Shown: one piece after another, positions 17,729-26,883 of the stretch
How the letters are laid out: each line of letters starts with the position of its first letter
How positions within the stretch are numbered: position 1 is the first letter of the stretch
Source of the DNA: Bacteroidota bacterium
GTDB taxonomy: Bacteria; Bacteroidota; Ignavibacteria; UBA10030
DNA: 64,000 nt
NCBI GenBank assembly: GCA_040880975.1
Contig: JBBEEC010000048.1
Span: 23,064 to 87,063 of the forward strand
Direction: 5' to 3'
Position numbers and translations under genes: made by a program
Notes under the pieces: model-generated
Database searches by the model: none
What the model was told of the DNA's origin: nothing
What the model saw: the letters and a program-made list of their open reading frames with translations, nothing else

Positions 17729-18655
17729 CTACAGGCTTTGGACGCTTAGGTTCGGCTCGACATTCAAGATCGCCTCATGCGAAGAACTTGCCACTTCCCA
17801 AATGAGAGCGTTTGCCACACCAGCCGCAACACCGAACCTCAGGCAGCGTTCAAAATCCCAGTTCTTCACAAATCCGAAGATCATGCCTGCAAGCATTGCA
17901 TCGCCTGAACCGACAGGATTTATCGAACGAATCTCCGGCGGAGACACCTTCCACTCCCCATCCTTCGAAGCCGCATACACCGGGCGGGCACCGTCCGTGA
18001 AAATCGCGTAATGGACTCCGGCCTGAATCAGCTTCCCAAGTTCGCGCCGTGTGTCGCTTTCATTGTGAAGTTCCGTCCGAGAGGATTGAGCGAACTCTGC
18101 CTTATTCGTCTTGACCATCGTTGGTATTCCTTTGAGGGCCAGCGTAAACGCCTTGCCGTAGGAATCCAGAACGCTCCGGCATCCTGCCTTGTGAGCGGAG
18201 AGGACCCCTTCGTAGAACACATCATCCGCCTCTCCTCCCGGTGAACTTCCGCTGCATACGACCCATTCGCTTTCTTTTGCAAGTGCATCGAGTTTTCTAC
18301 TCAGACCATGCACACTTTCGACCGAAGGCCTCTGCGCAGGCTCAAACACCGCGGTTGAAGTTCCATCGGCCTCGAGGTAGGTCACTCCCTCACGCGTCAG
18401 CATCCCGGTCTCAACAAAGTCATGACGGACCCTTTCCTGATCCATGAGTGCCCTGATCACCTGCCCGGTCCATCCGCCGAGGAAACCCGTTGCCAATATC
18501 TCTACGCCAAGAGCTCCGAGTTGCCGGGAGACATTGATTCCCTTTCCCCCCGCAACCATCGTCAGGGAGGTTCCCCTGTGAATGCTTCCTCGTTGGAAAG
18601 CCTCAACGCGGATGGTCTTGTCCAACATGGGGTTCAGGGTAACCGTCGTGATCAT
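17729..18655 (-). CDS. PfkB-family ketohexose-phosphate kinase (1-phosphofructokinase / tagatose-6-phosphate kinase type)
   Basis: MITTVTLNPMLDKT start, GGKGINVSR motif, C-terminal NPVGSGDAMLAG. Confidence 0.85.
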   Translation of the reverse strand: MITTVTLNPMLDKTIRVEAFQRGSIHRGTSLTMVAGGKGINVSRQLGALGVEILATGFLGGWTGQVIRALMDQERVRHDFVETGMLTREGVTYLEADGTSTAVFEPAQRPSVESVHGLSRKLDALAKESEWVVCSGSSPGGEADDVFYEGVLSAHKAGCRSVLDSYGKAFTLALKGIPTMVKTNKAEFAQSSRTELHNESDTRRELGKLIQAGVHYAIFTDGARPVYAASKDGEWKVSPPEIRSINPVGSGDAMLAGMIFGFVKNWDFERCLRFGVAAGVANALIWEVASSSHEAILNVEPNLSVQSL

Positions 18656-19485
18656 CGAAGAAGCTTCAAAGCACTGGCGACCGTTGCATCCTCATGAACA
18701 ATGGCGCACAGGGCATGGATCACGGGCTTCAGATTCGGCCTCTGCCAAACCGATCGGCCGAACACGATGCCCGCGGCGTCGGCCTGAACGCAATCATGGG
18801 CAAACTTGAGCAAGGCCTCGTCGCTTTTATCGCTGGAAGGCGGCCCACCCGCAACGATGACCCTCGCACCGCATGTGCGCACGGTCTTTTTGAAAGCCTC
18901 CACCGATCCGGGATATCGGGTTTTGATGATATCGGCTCCATGCTCCGCCCCGATGCGGGCAACCGTCGTCGTTTGATCCTCAATGCTTCCTGTCAATCCC
19001 GATATCTTGAAGATCTCGCGCTCGAAATGGTTATTCAGCAATCCGGGGGGAAGAATTTCCGACGTAAGCGGGAGCCCCCAAATCGCAGCTTGCTCGGCCG
19101 TTTGGCCAAGTCTTTTGAGCGACGCTGCATCGAATTCCGTTCCGACGAATGTGAAGACAATGCCTGCATCAACGCCCAGTCGGACGGCGTGTTCAACAGT
19201 ACAAACCGATTCGTAGTCCCCGGCCACAGGTGTGTACTTGGTGAACGCACCATCGAGCCGAAGGAACACGGCCAGGTCGCCAAGGTCTCCCTTGACCCGT
19301 TCAAGCACACCGGGCGTCACGAGTACCGCATCTGCTCCGGCGGCTGCGATCGCCGTCGTAAGTTTTCCGGGATCCTCCAGCCCTTCGGGCACACCGCCGT
19401 ACTGCCCATGGTCGAATGGAATGATCACTGCGCGCTTATGGCGCCAGATTCTTCTTAATCGTAGTTGTTTCCCTGTGTTCATCAT
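18652..19485 (-). CDS. class I aldolase, DeoC/FbaB/LacD superfamily
   Basis: IIPFDHG substrate pocket motif and the Schiff-base lysine context GADIIKTRYPGS. ATGA overlap with the kinase gene. Confidence 0.75.
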   Translation of the reverse strand: MMNTGKQLRLRRIWRHKRAVIIPFDHGQYGGVPEGLEDPGKLTTAIAAAGADAVLVTPGVLERVKGDLGDLAVFLRLDGAFTKYTPVAGDYESVCTVEHAVRLGVDAGIVFTFVGTEFDAASLKRLGQTAEQAAIWGLPLTSEILPPGLLNNHFEREIFKISGLTGSIEDQTTTVARIGAEHGADIIKTRYPGSVEAFKKTVRTCGARVIVAGGPPSSDKSDEALLKFAHDCVQADAAGIVFGRSVWQRPNLKPVIHALCAIVHEDATVASALKLLR

Positions 19486-19501
19486 TGATCGTTCGTGGTT
19501 A

Positions 19502-21781
19502 TTATGGACGCGGAACCGTGTCTTCCCAATATCTCCACTTCACAAACCCTACCCTGGGGGGTGCCCCATCGAGCTGGAGGCCATGGGTGTTCGGCAGGGC
19601 TTCCATGAGAGGTTTCCCTTTATAGATCACCTTCAGCACATTAGAAGCACTGTATTCCACTTGTTTATTCTTTGTGGTTGCAAAGAAATAATCGGCGTCA
19701 GTCTCGTAATCTCCATAACGGACCTTTCCCAGGTCATACAAATAGCGCGGGCGGATGTTCTCGCGGGCAAGATCCATATCCAGATCGATCTTCACGCCAA
19801 GAACGGACGTTTTTCCCTCACGGCGAATTTCGAGACCTACGGCGAGATAGGGCTTTGAGACACTGGTCAGTTTGATCTTTTCCTTCAGACTCGCAATGCT
19901 CGCTTTCCTGTCGTGCGGAATCAGGACCGTCACGAACACCTCGGTATCTCCGGCGTTGTAATGGCTCGATTGGGTTTGATAAACCGCCTGTTCCTGCTGA
20001 TGGCTTCTGCTGATCGTCTCCGACCCGATGGTTTTCGCATACGTCTCCGGAAAGTACACGAAAAGCGAACGATTCGTTGCAAATTGAAATCTCTGGATCG
20101 AATCCGTGGCAATGTCGAAGTAATCCGGACCTTTGGACAGTATATGACGGCCATGCCAGAAATTTGTGAACGTAAAAAAGTCCGATCGAAGCACTTTGAT
20201 GCCGTCAACAACCACGAACAAGTCCTCCTCCTTCACATAGGTGATGATCCTATCCCACTGATATCCGAGGACATTGTCAATCAGCCGCGTTCTGCTCATA
20301 TCGACCTCCCGAAGATTCAGGAAATCGATCTTGCGGGTTACGACAGGTCTGTAGGCCCCGGAGTTCTGCACAAACTCCAGAACTGACTGGTTGGCGTCCC
20401 GTTTGTTGAGCCGCGCGACAATTCTGTTGTGAAAATAATCCTGCCTCCAGGCCCCGAATTTTCCGCTCGGCAGATCGCTGCGATAATCGGCATCATGCAG
20501 AAGCACGGAACCTTTGCTCATGAGCAACGGGATGCTGTTCTCATCTGCATGACCGTGATGCATTTTCTCCTCTTCCACAGAAATGGTCCGCCGGAGAAAC
20601 TCACGGTGCAGCCAACCGCCATCTCCCTCGTCGCGATAGGTCAGAAGAAGATAGGTGCTCTGATCCTCCCAACCATTCCGGAATACGATCTTCTTTCCGA
20701 CAACATCTTCCAGCACTTCCTGACTCAGACTTACGGGACGGCGAGAAACGATCGTTTCGTCGCCCCAACGAATCGCGTCTGAAAGCGAATACGCATCCAC
20801 CACTCCAAGGACAGAAGAGTGCTTCTTTGCGCTTTCGAAAATCGTCTTGGCAGCCCATTTAAGTTCCGGATCCCGAAACACGGCAGCCCCTTTTTCAAAC
20901 ACAGGAACCAGTCTCAGTCCCTCCCAGCCGGAATTCCATCGGGCGTCGCCAAATTCAGGGACAGTGCCGTTCGGGCCAATCAGTTTCTTGTAGTACTCCA
21001 GATAGTACTTCGTCAGCGGGGAATCAAATAAATCCAGACGGTTGGCCGCCTCGGCGTAGGAATAGAGCGACAGCAGCCAAACCGGATGATAAACGGTCGC
21101 GTCTTCGATCTCCCATTGCCGAAGGTTATCCTCTGCGATGATCGCTGCCATCTGGCGCCATTTACCGGCATTCTTGTGATCGGGCAGGGCAAGGGCAGCA
21201 TAGATGAGCGCTTCTGCCCGCAGCATGGCTCGATTGTGAGCTCCCCACTCGGGGAAATGAAAGATAAAATCCGCACTCCCGGCCAGGTCGCGTTCAATCA
21301 CGCCTTTTGTTTTTGCATCAATGACTCCGGCATTTCGAATCCTGAGATACGTACGAATATAGGGTGGCATGTAGAAGAAATTCGCTATCGCCGGTACACC
21401 GCTCATGTATTCTGCACGCGAAGTATCATAACCCTTCGGAAGCACCGAGCGCAGGCTTCCGTACGTCGAAATGAGTTCCGCCGCCTTGCGAGCATGCTCT
21501 TTTTCTCCGGTTTGCTCAAACAGGTATGCGAACGTGCATGCGAGGTAAAGCGGATGGCCCGGGGAATCATAGCCCCAAAGGACATTCGGCATTGTCGTTT
21601 GTTTCCATCGCTCGATAATGCCGGGATATTCCTGCCATCCCTTTTCAGCCGTCTTTTTGATTTCCTCCAGGTAAATGGCATTTTGTCCCGAAGCCACGGA
21701 ATTCCATACGAGCATCAAGACTGGAAGACGCAAGAGGTCAGTGTTAAAACGTGCGAACAAGTTCTTCATGAATGTTGTCAA
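19502..21781 (-). CDS. secreted heparinase II/III-like protein (putative polysaccharide lyase fold)
   Basis: Sec-type signal (LPVLMLVWNSVASGQ). HGHADENS motif, shared as H-x-H-A-D-x-N-S with the 44590..46608 protein. 759 aa, consistent with an alpha-toroid + beta-sandwich size. Confidence 0.55.
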   Translation of the reverse strand: MTTFMKNLFARFNTDLLRLPVLMLVWNSVASGQNAIYLEEIKKTAEKGWQEYPGIIERWKQTTMPNVLWGYDSPGHPLYLACTFAYLFEQTGEKEHARKAAELISTYGSLRSVLPKGYDTSRAEYMSGVPAIANFFYMPPYIRTYLRIRNAGVIDAKTKGVIERDLAGSADFIFHFPEWGAHNRAMLRAEALIYAALALPDHKNAGKWRQMAAIIAEDNLRQWEIEDATVYHPVWLLSLYSYAEAANRLDLFDSPLTKYYLEYYKKLIGPNGTVPEFGDARWNSGWEGLRLVPVFEKGAAVFRDPELKWAAKTIFESAKKHSSVLGVVDAYSLSDAIRWGDETIVSRRPVSLSQEVLEDVVGKKIVFRNGWEDQSTYLLLTYRDEGDGGWLHREFLRRTISVEEEKMHHGHADENSIPLLMSKGSVLLHDADYRSDLPSGKFGAWRQDYFHNRIVARLNKRDANQSVLEFVQNSGAYRPVVTRKIDFLNLREVDMSRTRLIDNVLGYQWDRIITYVKEEDLFVVVDGIKVLRSDFFTFTNFWHGRHILSKGPDYFDIATDSIQRFQFATNRSLFVYFPETYAKTIGSETISRSHQQEQAVYQTQSSHYNAGDTEVFVTVLIPHDRKASIASLKEKIKLTSVSKPYLAVGLEIRREGKTSVLGVKIDLDMDLARENIRPRYLYDLGKVRYGDYETDADYFFATTKNKQVEYSASNVLKVIYKGKPLMEALPNTHGLQLDGAPPRVGFVKWRYWEDTVPRP

Positions 21782-22909
21782 TCAGCTAGTGACGAGGTTT
21801 TGAATAATGTGGACAGCTTGATTCACCTGGTCGAGAGAGATCCATTCGGAATCCGTATGCGCCTGGGCGATATCCCCTGGCCCGAACACGACTGTAGGAA
21901 TACCCGCATTGTTGTAAATGCCGGCATCCGTGGCATAAGGAGCCGAAGTGATCTCCGCATTCCGACCGATTGCCGCCGAAAGCTTCCGGACAATGGGGGA
22001 GCTTTCCGGAACCTCCATTCCGCCTACGGTAATATGAGGCGTGGATACTTCCACGTCCGCAAGGCCTTTCAGGATTTCTTTCAAAGGGAGCAGAATACTT
22101 TCCGCCGTTTCTCCCGGGAGAGAGCGCCGATCTATTTCGATCCAGCAGGAATCCGGCACGACATTCACAGCCTGTCCGCCTTCGATCACGCCCACACTCA
22201 TGGTCGCCGGCCCCAGAAGCGGATGGGGCTTTTGTCGAACCAGATCACGCGTATATCCTTCGATTCTCCGGATAACTTCCGCCATGAGATAGATCGCGTT
22301 CCGTCCGCGCTCAGGGAACGCTGAGTGAGCCGCGACTCCTTTTGCCGTAATTCTCCAGCGGGTCACACCTTTATGGGCCCGGACGATGGAACAATTCGTC
22401 GGTTCTCCCGCAATGCCAAACGAAGCACGAAGCCCTTTTCGAACGGCCGCCTGGGCCCCTGAGAACCGATATTCTTCGTCGGAAACAAACAAGAACCGGA
22501 CGTTCTGGCGGAGTTTTTTTCCGCTTTCGAGAAGTGACGTTACCGCGTAAAGGAATGCGGCAATGGATCCCTTTGTGTCACACGCTCCGCGCCCGTAGAG
22601 CCTTCCATCCCGTATGGCCGGTTTAAACGGATCGATCGACATCCCATCGGCATGCACCGTATCCAGATGCGCCTCGAGCAGGAGTGTCTCATCGGATCCT
22701 GCATCGATAAATCCTTCAACATTCGGCCTCGAATCAGAACCACCGTACACTTCCACATCAACGGATGCGCTTCGCAGATACGATGAAATGAAATCGGCTA
22801 TCGTGCGTTCAGAATAGCGATCTCCGTCGAGCTTTCTCCCCATGGGATTCATGCTTGGGATGGCAACGAGATCTGCCAGCAACGCTGCGACTTTGTCCAT
22901 GCTAGTCAA
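21782..22909 (-). CDS. M20-family metallopeptidase / deacylase (ArgE/DapE/aminoacylase-like)
   Basis: Motifs LLLEAHLDTVH, GRGACDTKG and SDEE; 375 aa. Confidence 0.85.
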   Translation of the reverse strand: MTSMDKVAALLADLVAIPSMNPMGRKLDGDRYSERTIADFISSYLRSASVDVEVYGGSDSRPNVEGFIDAGSDETLLLEAHLDTVHADGMSIDPFKPAIRDGRLYGRGACDTKGSIAAFLYAVTSLLESGKKLRQNVRFLFVSDEEYRFSGAQAAVRKGLRASFGIAGEPTNCSIVRAHKGVTRWRITAKGVAAHSAFPERGRNAIYLMAEVIRRIEGYTRDLVRQKPHPLLGPATMSVGVIEGGQAVNVVPDSCWIEIDRRSLPGETAESILLPLKEILKGLADVEVSTPHITVGGMEVPESSPIVRKLSAAIGRNAEITSAPYATDAGIYNNAGIPTVVFGPGDIAQAHTDSEWISLDQVNQAVHIIQNLVTS

Positions 22910-23519
22910 TCACCGCCAAAACACGTGCAGGCGCGCCGTCGCCGCCGCGGATCAAGAGAGGGGCAGCGATAAGCCTGACCGATCCTTCTTTTAATGACCC
23001 CGTGTTGTTGATGTTCGTAATGAGGGGAATTCCTTTTCCCAGACAAATATAATGGACGTCCAATGTGTAGGGAGTATCTGAAGCAATGACAGGGACATCC
23101 ATGCTGACGAAATACTCCGCCGCTTCATTGCTCAAGGGCGGATAGGTCGTGTAAAAATCCTTTGAACCAAAATGAACGTCCCAGCCTGTTTTGATCAGAA
23201 CGCCGACACCCTTCTTCCTGAATTTCTTCCGCACTTCATCGACCGTAATGGCCTTCTTCTGTTCACGGGGAGTGAAGTCGAGAACATGAGCCTCGACAAA
23301 CCAGAGGCGCGGATCGTACTCATCGATGGTCGGTTTACCTTCGAACACGTGAGACGGAGCATCGATATGCGTACCGCTGTGCGTGCCAACACTCACTCTG
23401 GTCACCACACATTTATGGTCCCTGTAATTTGCCGTGGCTTCCAACTTCGTTGCCGGATGCCAGGGGAAATACACCGGCATTTCGTTCGTGAGGGGATGCG
23501 TAAGATCGACGATCTTCAT
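22902..23519 (-). CDS. cyclase-family metal hydrolase (kynurenine formamidase-like)
   Basis: HSGTHIDAPSH motif (HxGTHxDxPxH); 205 aa. Confidence 0.8.
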   Translation of the reverse strand: MKIVDLTHPLTNEMPVYFPWHPATKLEATANYRDHKCVVTRVSVGTHSGTHIDAPSHVFEGKPTIDEYDPRLWFVEAHVLDFTPREQKKAITVDEVRKKFRKKGVGVLIKTGWDVHFGSKDFYTTYPPLSNEAAEYFVSMDVPVIASDTPYTLDVHYICLGKGIPLITNINNTGSLKEGSVRLIAAPLLIRGGDGAPARVLAVID

Positions 23520-23845
23520 AAATCGGTGTCTTCGACGGGTTCAGAAGAGTTCTTCCCACGGTGCGGCTCACCCGTCGTGTCGGGCTTCCACTTGATTGCA
23601 TCGACGGGACATGCCTCAAAGCACAATCCACATCCTGTGCAATTCGGTTCAATGATCACCGCCGTTCGGCCGTATTTGTGTCCGGTACGATCCTCCATGA
23701 CAATCGCATCAAAAAAACACATGGGGGGACATCGGTCACATGCTATACATTCCTCCTCCGCGACGACCGCCACCGGGGCGTACTGACCGTCAAATTGGGG
23801 CGGAAGCGGATTCAATCCCGGATATTTTTTCTTGCTTTCATCCAT
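23516..23845 (-). CDS. 2x[4Fe-4S] ferredoxin-domain protein
   Basis: Two cluster motifs: CIACDRCPPMC and CTGCGLCFEACP. I chose the start at MDESKKK (23845), 10 nt after the upstream stop. The longest ORF (to 23929) would overlap the upstream gene. Confidence 0.8.
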   Translation of the reverse strand: MDESKKKYPGLNPLPPQFDGQYAPVAVVAEEECIACDRCPPMCFFDAIVMEDRTGHKYGRTAVIIEPNCTGCGLCFEACPVDAIKWKPDTTGEPHRGKNSSEPVEDTDL

Positions 23846-23855
23846 ACAACAACCG

Positions 23856-24881
23856 CTAGTTCCCCTTCTTGTTCTTCCAGAGATTCCGGGGCCCCGATTT
23901 AGGCTCTCCGGACCATCGCACAATGTCATCGGGGGGAGTCATTGATGTAAGTGCCTTGCCGCGAATGAGGTCAAGCGAGGCTAGGCCCTTTCGATCAAGG
24001 TATTCATTAACCTCACCGGTAATTCTCTTAATAGAGTCCCAACCGTTCACCATGATAACAGAAAGGATCTGGATCGTGGTGGCTCCCAAGAGGACATATT
24101 TGATCACATCCTCGCCGGTCATGACTCCGCCTGTGGCGCTGATGGGAATCTTGATCGTTTGGGAAGCCTCTGCGATGTGCCGAAACGTGTAATACTTCGC
24201 CCAAGGCCCGCCCACACCCGCGAAATTTCCATGAAGGATGGGACGTTGTGATTCGATGTCCACATCGAATCCGCGAATCCTGTTGCAGAGGGTTACCGCG
24301 TCTGCCTTGCATCCCTCCGCAACGATGCATTGGTGAAGGACGTCGGGCCCGGCGGCCAACTTGACGATGACGGGACATTTCACGGCCTTCCGGACCGCTT
24401 TGATGGCCGCGACAAATGTCGTTTCGAAGTCCAGGCTGCCCGGGCGGTGCGGGGAGGAGATATCGAGCTCGAGGCCGTCCGCCCCGCTCTTCTCGGATTT
24501 CTTCGCAAGGTCGGCCCAATCCTCGGCTGCATCTGCAAAAATGCTGGCGATGATGGGAACCGTTGCGCGTTCTTTGCTCGCTGCAATGAACTCCCAGTAG
24601 TCCTGGAGAGTCCCGCTGTAGCCCTGTTCGTACGAATACAACGTAAATTGTTTGGACCTTCCCTCTATCTGCTTGTCCCAATCCAGCAATTTATAGCGGG
24701 GACGCGGCCAGAAACGCATATGCTCATATTTGTCCGAGCAGGCAGTCTTCAGGATCACTGCGCCGACCCCCTGCTCTTCGGCCAGCTTGATCTGATTTAC
24801 ATCATGGCTGGCGGGGCCGGAAGCGACCATGAGCGGATTCTTCATCGTGAAACCGGCGAACGATGTGTTGAGCGATCTCAT
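23856..24881 (-). CDS. dihydroorotate / dihydropyrimidine dehydrogenase-family flavoprotein (PreA-like TIM barrel)
   Basis: NPLMVASGP, ILKT and ATGGV..GEDV..LGATTIQ FMN-site patterns. The catalytic-loop position reads LDISSPH instead of the usual LSCPN/LSCPH. Confidence 0.75.
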   Translation of the reverse strand: MRSLNTSFAGFTMKNPLMVASGPASHDVNQIKLAEEQGVGAVILKTACSDKYEHMRFWPRPRYKLLDWDKQIEGRSKQFTLYSYEQGYSGTLQDYWEFIAASKERATVPIIASIFADAAEDWADLAKKSEKSGADGLELDISSPHRPGSLDFETTFVAAIKAVRKAVKCPVIVKLAAGPDVLHQCIVAEGCKADAVTLCNRIRGFDVDIESQRPILHGNFAGVGGPWAKYYTFRHIAEASQTIKIPISATGGVMTGEDVIKYVLLGATTIQILSVIMVNGWDSIKRITGEVNEYLDRKGLASLDLIRGKALTSMTPPDDIVRWSGEPKSGPRNLWKNKKGN

Positions 24882-25990
24882 TCAGAACCTTTGAACAGCA
24901 TTTCAGCGATCTTATATTTCTTCAAGACGGGTTCCGCTATTCGATGGCAATTTCCGCTTCCGACCGGAATCTGCAACGTTCCGTTACGCACCTCCAATGC
25001 CGGCTCGACAATATCATCCACAAACCATCGACGCGAAGACTCCACATCGGTAGGATATTTGAAATTGGCCAGTGTGGCCAGATGAAGCGTCTGTGCACCT
25101 CCGACACCAAGCTCCGGCATCGTCCCGCCCCAGACGGGGATCCCGGCTTCCGCACACATGTCATGCATGTTTTTCGCTTTCTTCAATCCACCCACTCGCT
25201 GAATCTTGATATTGACAATCCTGCAAGCTTTCAACGCGAAGGCCTCCCGCAGGCTCGCAATATCCTCTGCACTTTCGTCAAGACACAACGGCGTCTTCAT
25301 TTTGTTTTGGAGTTCTGCATGCCACTGGAGCCTGTTCCGGGGAAAAGGTTGTTCGATCATCATGAGGCCGAATTTCTCGAGACTCCCCAGATGATCCATG
25401 TGCTCGTCCGAATAAGCGCCGTTTGCATCCACCATCAAAGGGAAATCGGCAAATTCTCTTCGAACCGCCTCCAGCGGCTTCACATCCCATCCGGGTTCGA
25501 TTTTGATCTTGATCCTCTTGTATCCCTCGGGCATATACCGATTGATGGAAGCAAGAAGGCTTTTGATATCAGGATAAATTCCCACAGCCAGGCCGGACTC
25601 CAGGCTGTGATACTGACCGCCGAGCAATTCTAAAACAGGCTTGCATGTCCGCTGACCCTCCAAATCCCAGAATGCAGTCTCGATACCCGCCTTTGCAAAC
25701 GGACTTCCTTCGATGCCGTCGAGGATAGCATTGACGCTGTCAATCGAATCGGCTTTTCCGCGAAGGGTCGCCGGCACCATGGTGTTCGTCAGGGCTTCCC
25801 AAACACTTTCCGGCGTATCGCCGGAATAAAAGGTACCCTCCATAGGAGAGGCCTCTCCGTAACCCGTCACGCCTTCGGCAGACACCCCAACGAGTATGGC
25901 ATCCTTGACGCTTACTTCACCACTGCTGATCCTGAACGGCTCAATCAATGGTATCCTGATATGCGTGAGCGTCACGCGATCGATTTTCAT
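24878..25990 (-). CDS. enolase-superfamily enzyme, MenC / N-acylamino-acid racemase-like subgroup
   Basis: KxK motif (YKRIKIKIEPG), metal ligands in MVDANGAY, MIEQP and CLDES, and a second Lys in VNIKIQRVGG. Confidence 0.8.
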   Translation of the reverse strand: MKIDRVTLTHIRIPLIEPFRISSGEVSVKDAILVGVSAEGVTGYGEASPMEGTFYSGDTPESVWEALTNTMVPATLRGKADSIDSVNAILDGIEGSPFAKAGIETAFWDLEGQRTCKPVLELLGGQYHSLESGLAVGIYPDIKSLLASINRYMPEGYKRIKIKIEPGWDVKPLEAVRREFADFPLMVDANGAYSDEHMDHLGSLEKFGLMMIEQPFPRNRLQWHAELQNKMKTPLCLDESAEDIASLREAFALKACRIVNIKIQRVGGLKKAKNMHDMCAEAGIPVWGGTMPELGVGGAQTLHLATLANFKYPTDVESSRRWFVDDIVEPALEVRNGTLQIPVGSGNCHRIAEPVLKKYKIAEMLFKGSE

Positions 25991-26883
25991 CGATGGCGCA
26001 CAGGGTTCTTAAGCTCCCCGATCTTTTCGATGTGGCACACCACCATGTCTCCGTGTTTTATGGGACCGATGCCTTCCGGTGTGCCCGTTGAGATGATATC
26101 ACCGGGATCAAGGGCTATATATTTCGTGATAAATTCGATTTGCGTCGGAATATCGAACACCATATCCCGGGTGTTGGCCTGCTGGCGGATCAAGCCGTTC
26201 ACGGTGCACTGCAGGTCAAGATGGATCGGCGGCGGAAATTCGTTGGCCGTCACCATCCAGGGCCCCAACGGTGTAAACGTGTCAAAGCTCTTGGATCTAA
26301 ACCACGGGTGCCGTTTTTCGAGGTCTTTGGTCTGAAGTTCCCTCGCACTGACGTCATTGAGGATCGTATATCCCGCGATGTAACGGAACGCATCCTTCTT
26401 CTTGACCTCGCTTGCCCGCTTGCCGATCACGACCGCGAGTTCCACCTCGTGATCCATTCTTCCGAGCTTCCTGGGAAGCCGAATGGGCTCCCCGGGACCG
26501 ATGACCGAAGACCCGGCTTTGAGAAAGGTGATGGGTTCCTCGGGGACTTTAAATTCCCCTTCGGCCGCGTGAAGAGCATAGTTCAAACCCAGGGCCACGA
26601 TTTTTGGAGGCCGGGAAATTGGCGCCTTCATAACGGCCTTCTTCCCGAGGCTCAGCATGTTTTCCAATTGTCGTTCGCGCACAAACGTCACAACAGACGT
26701 TGCGAGATCGATATCGAATGTCCCTTGCCGAAGCCACTCACCCAGATTCCTCCGCATCTCACCTGCACTGCCGTACTTCACCAGGGCGTAAAGCGCAAGC
26801 GCCTTGGTGAAATCCACCCAGGCGTTCTCCATATCCACTCCGATACACTCCCCCGTTGATTGTGTAAACTGAGCAACTCTCAT
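25987..26883 (-). CDS. fumarylacetoacetate hydrolase (FAH) family protein
   Basis: C-terminal FAH-fold patterns (HEVELAVVIG, GYTILNDVSAR, GDIISTGTPEG). Confidence 0.85.
   Translation of the reverse strand: MRVAQFTQSTGECIGVDMENAWVDFTKALALYALVKYGSAGEMRRNLGEWLRQGTFDIDLATSVVTFVRERQLENMLSLGKKAVMKAPISRPPKIVALGLNYALHAAEGEFKVPEEPITFLKAGSSVIGPGEPIRLPRKLGRMDHEVELAVVIGKRASEVKKKDAFRYIAGYTILNDVSARELQTKDLEKRHPWFRSKSFDTFTPLGPWMVTANEFPPPIHLDLQCTVNGLIRQQANTRDMVFDIPTQIEFITKYIALDPGDIISTGTPEGIGPIKHGDMVVCHIEKIGELKNPVRHR

Noticed and set aside
17729-19485. Sulfoquinovose sulfo-EMP pathway (a PfkB kinase + class I aldolase resembles YihV/YihT).
   Set aside because: I did not see a GH31 sulfoquinovosidase, a YihS-type isomerase, a sulfolactaldehyde reductase or a sulfonate exporter. 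The resemblance is limited to enzyme families.
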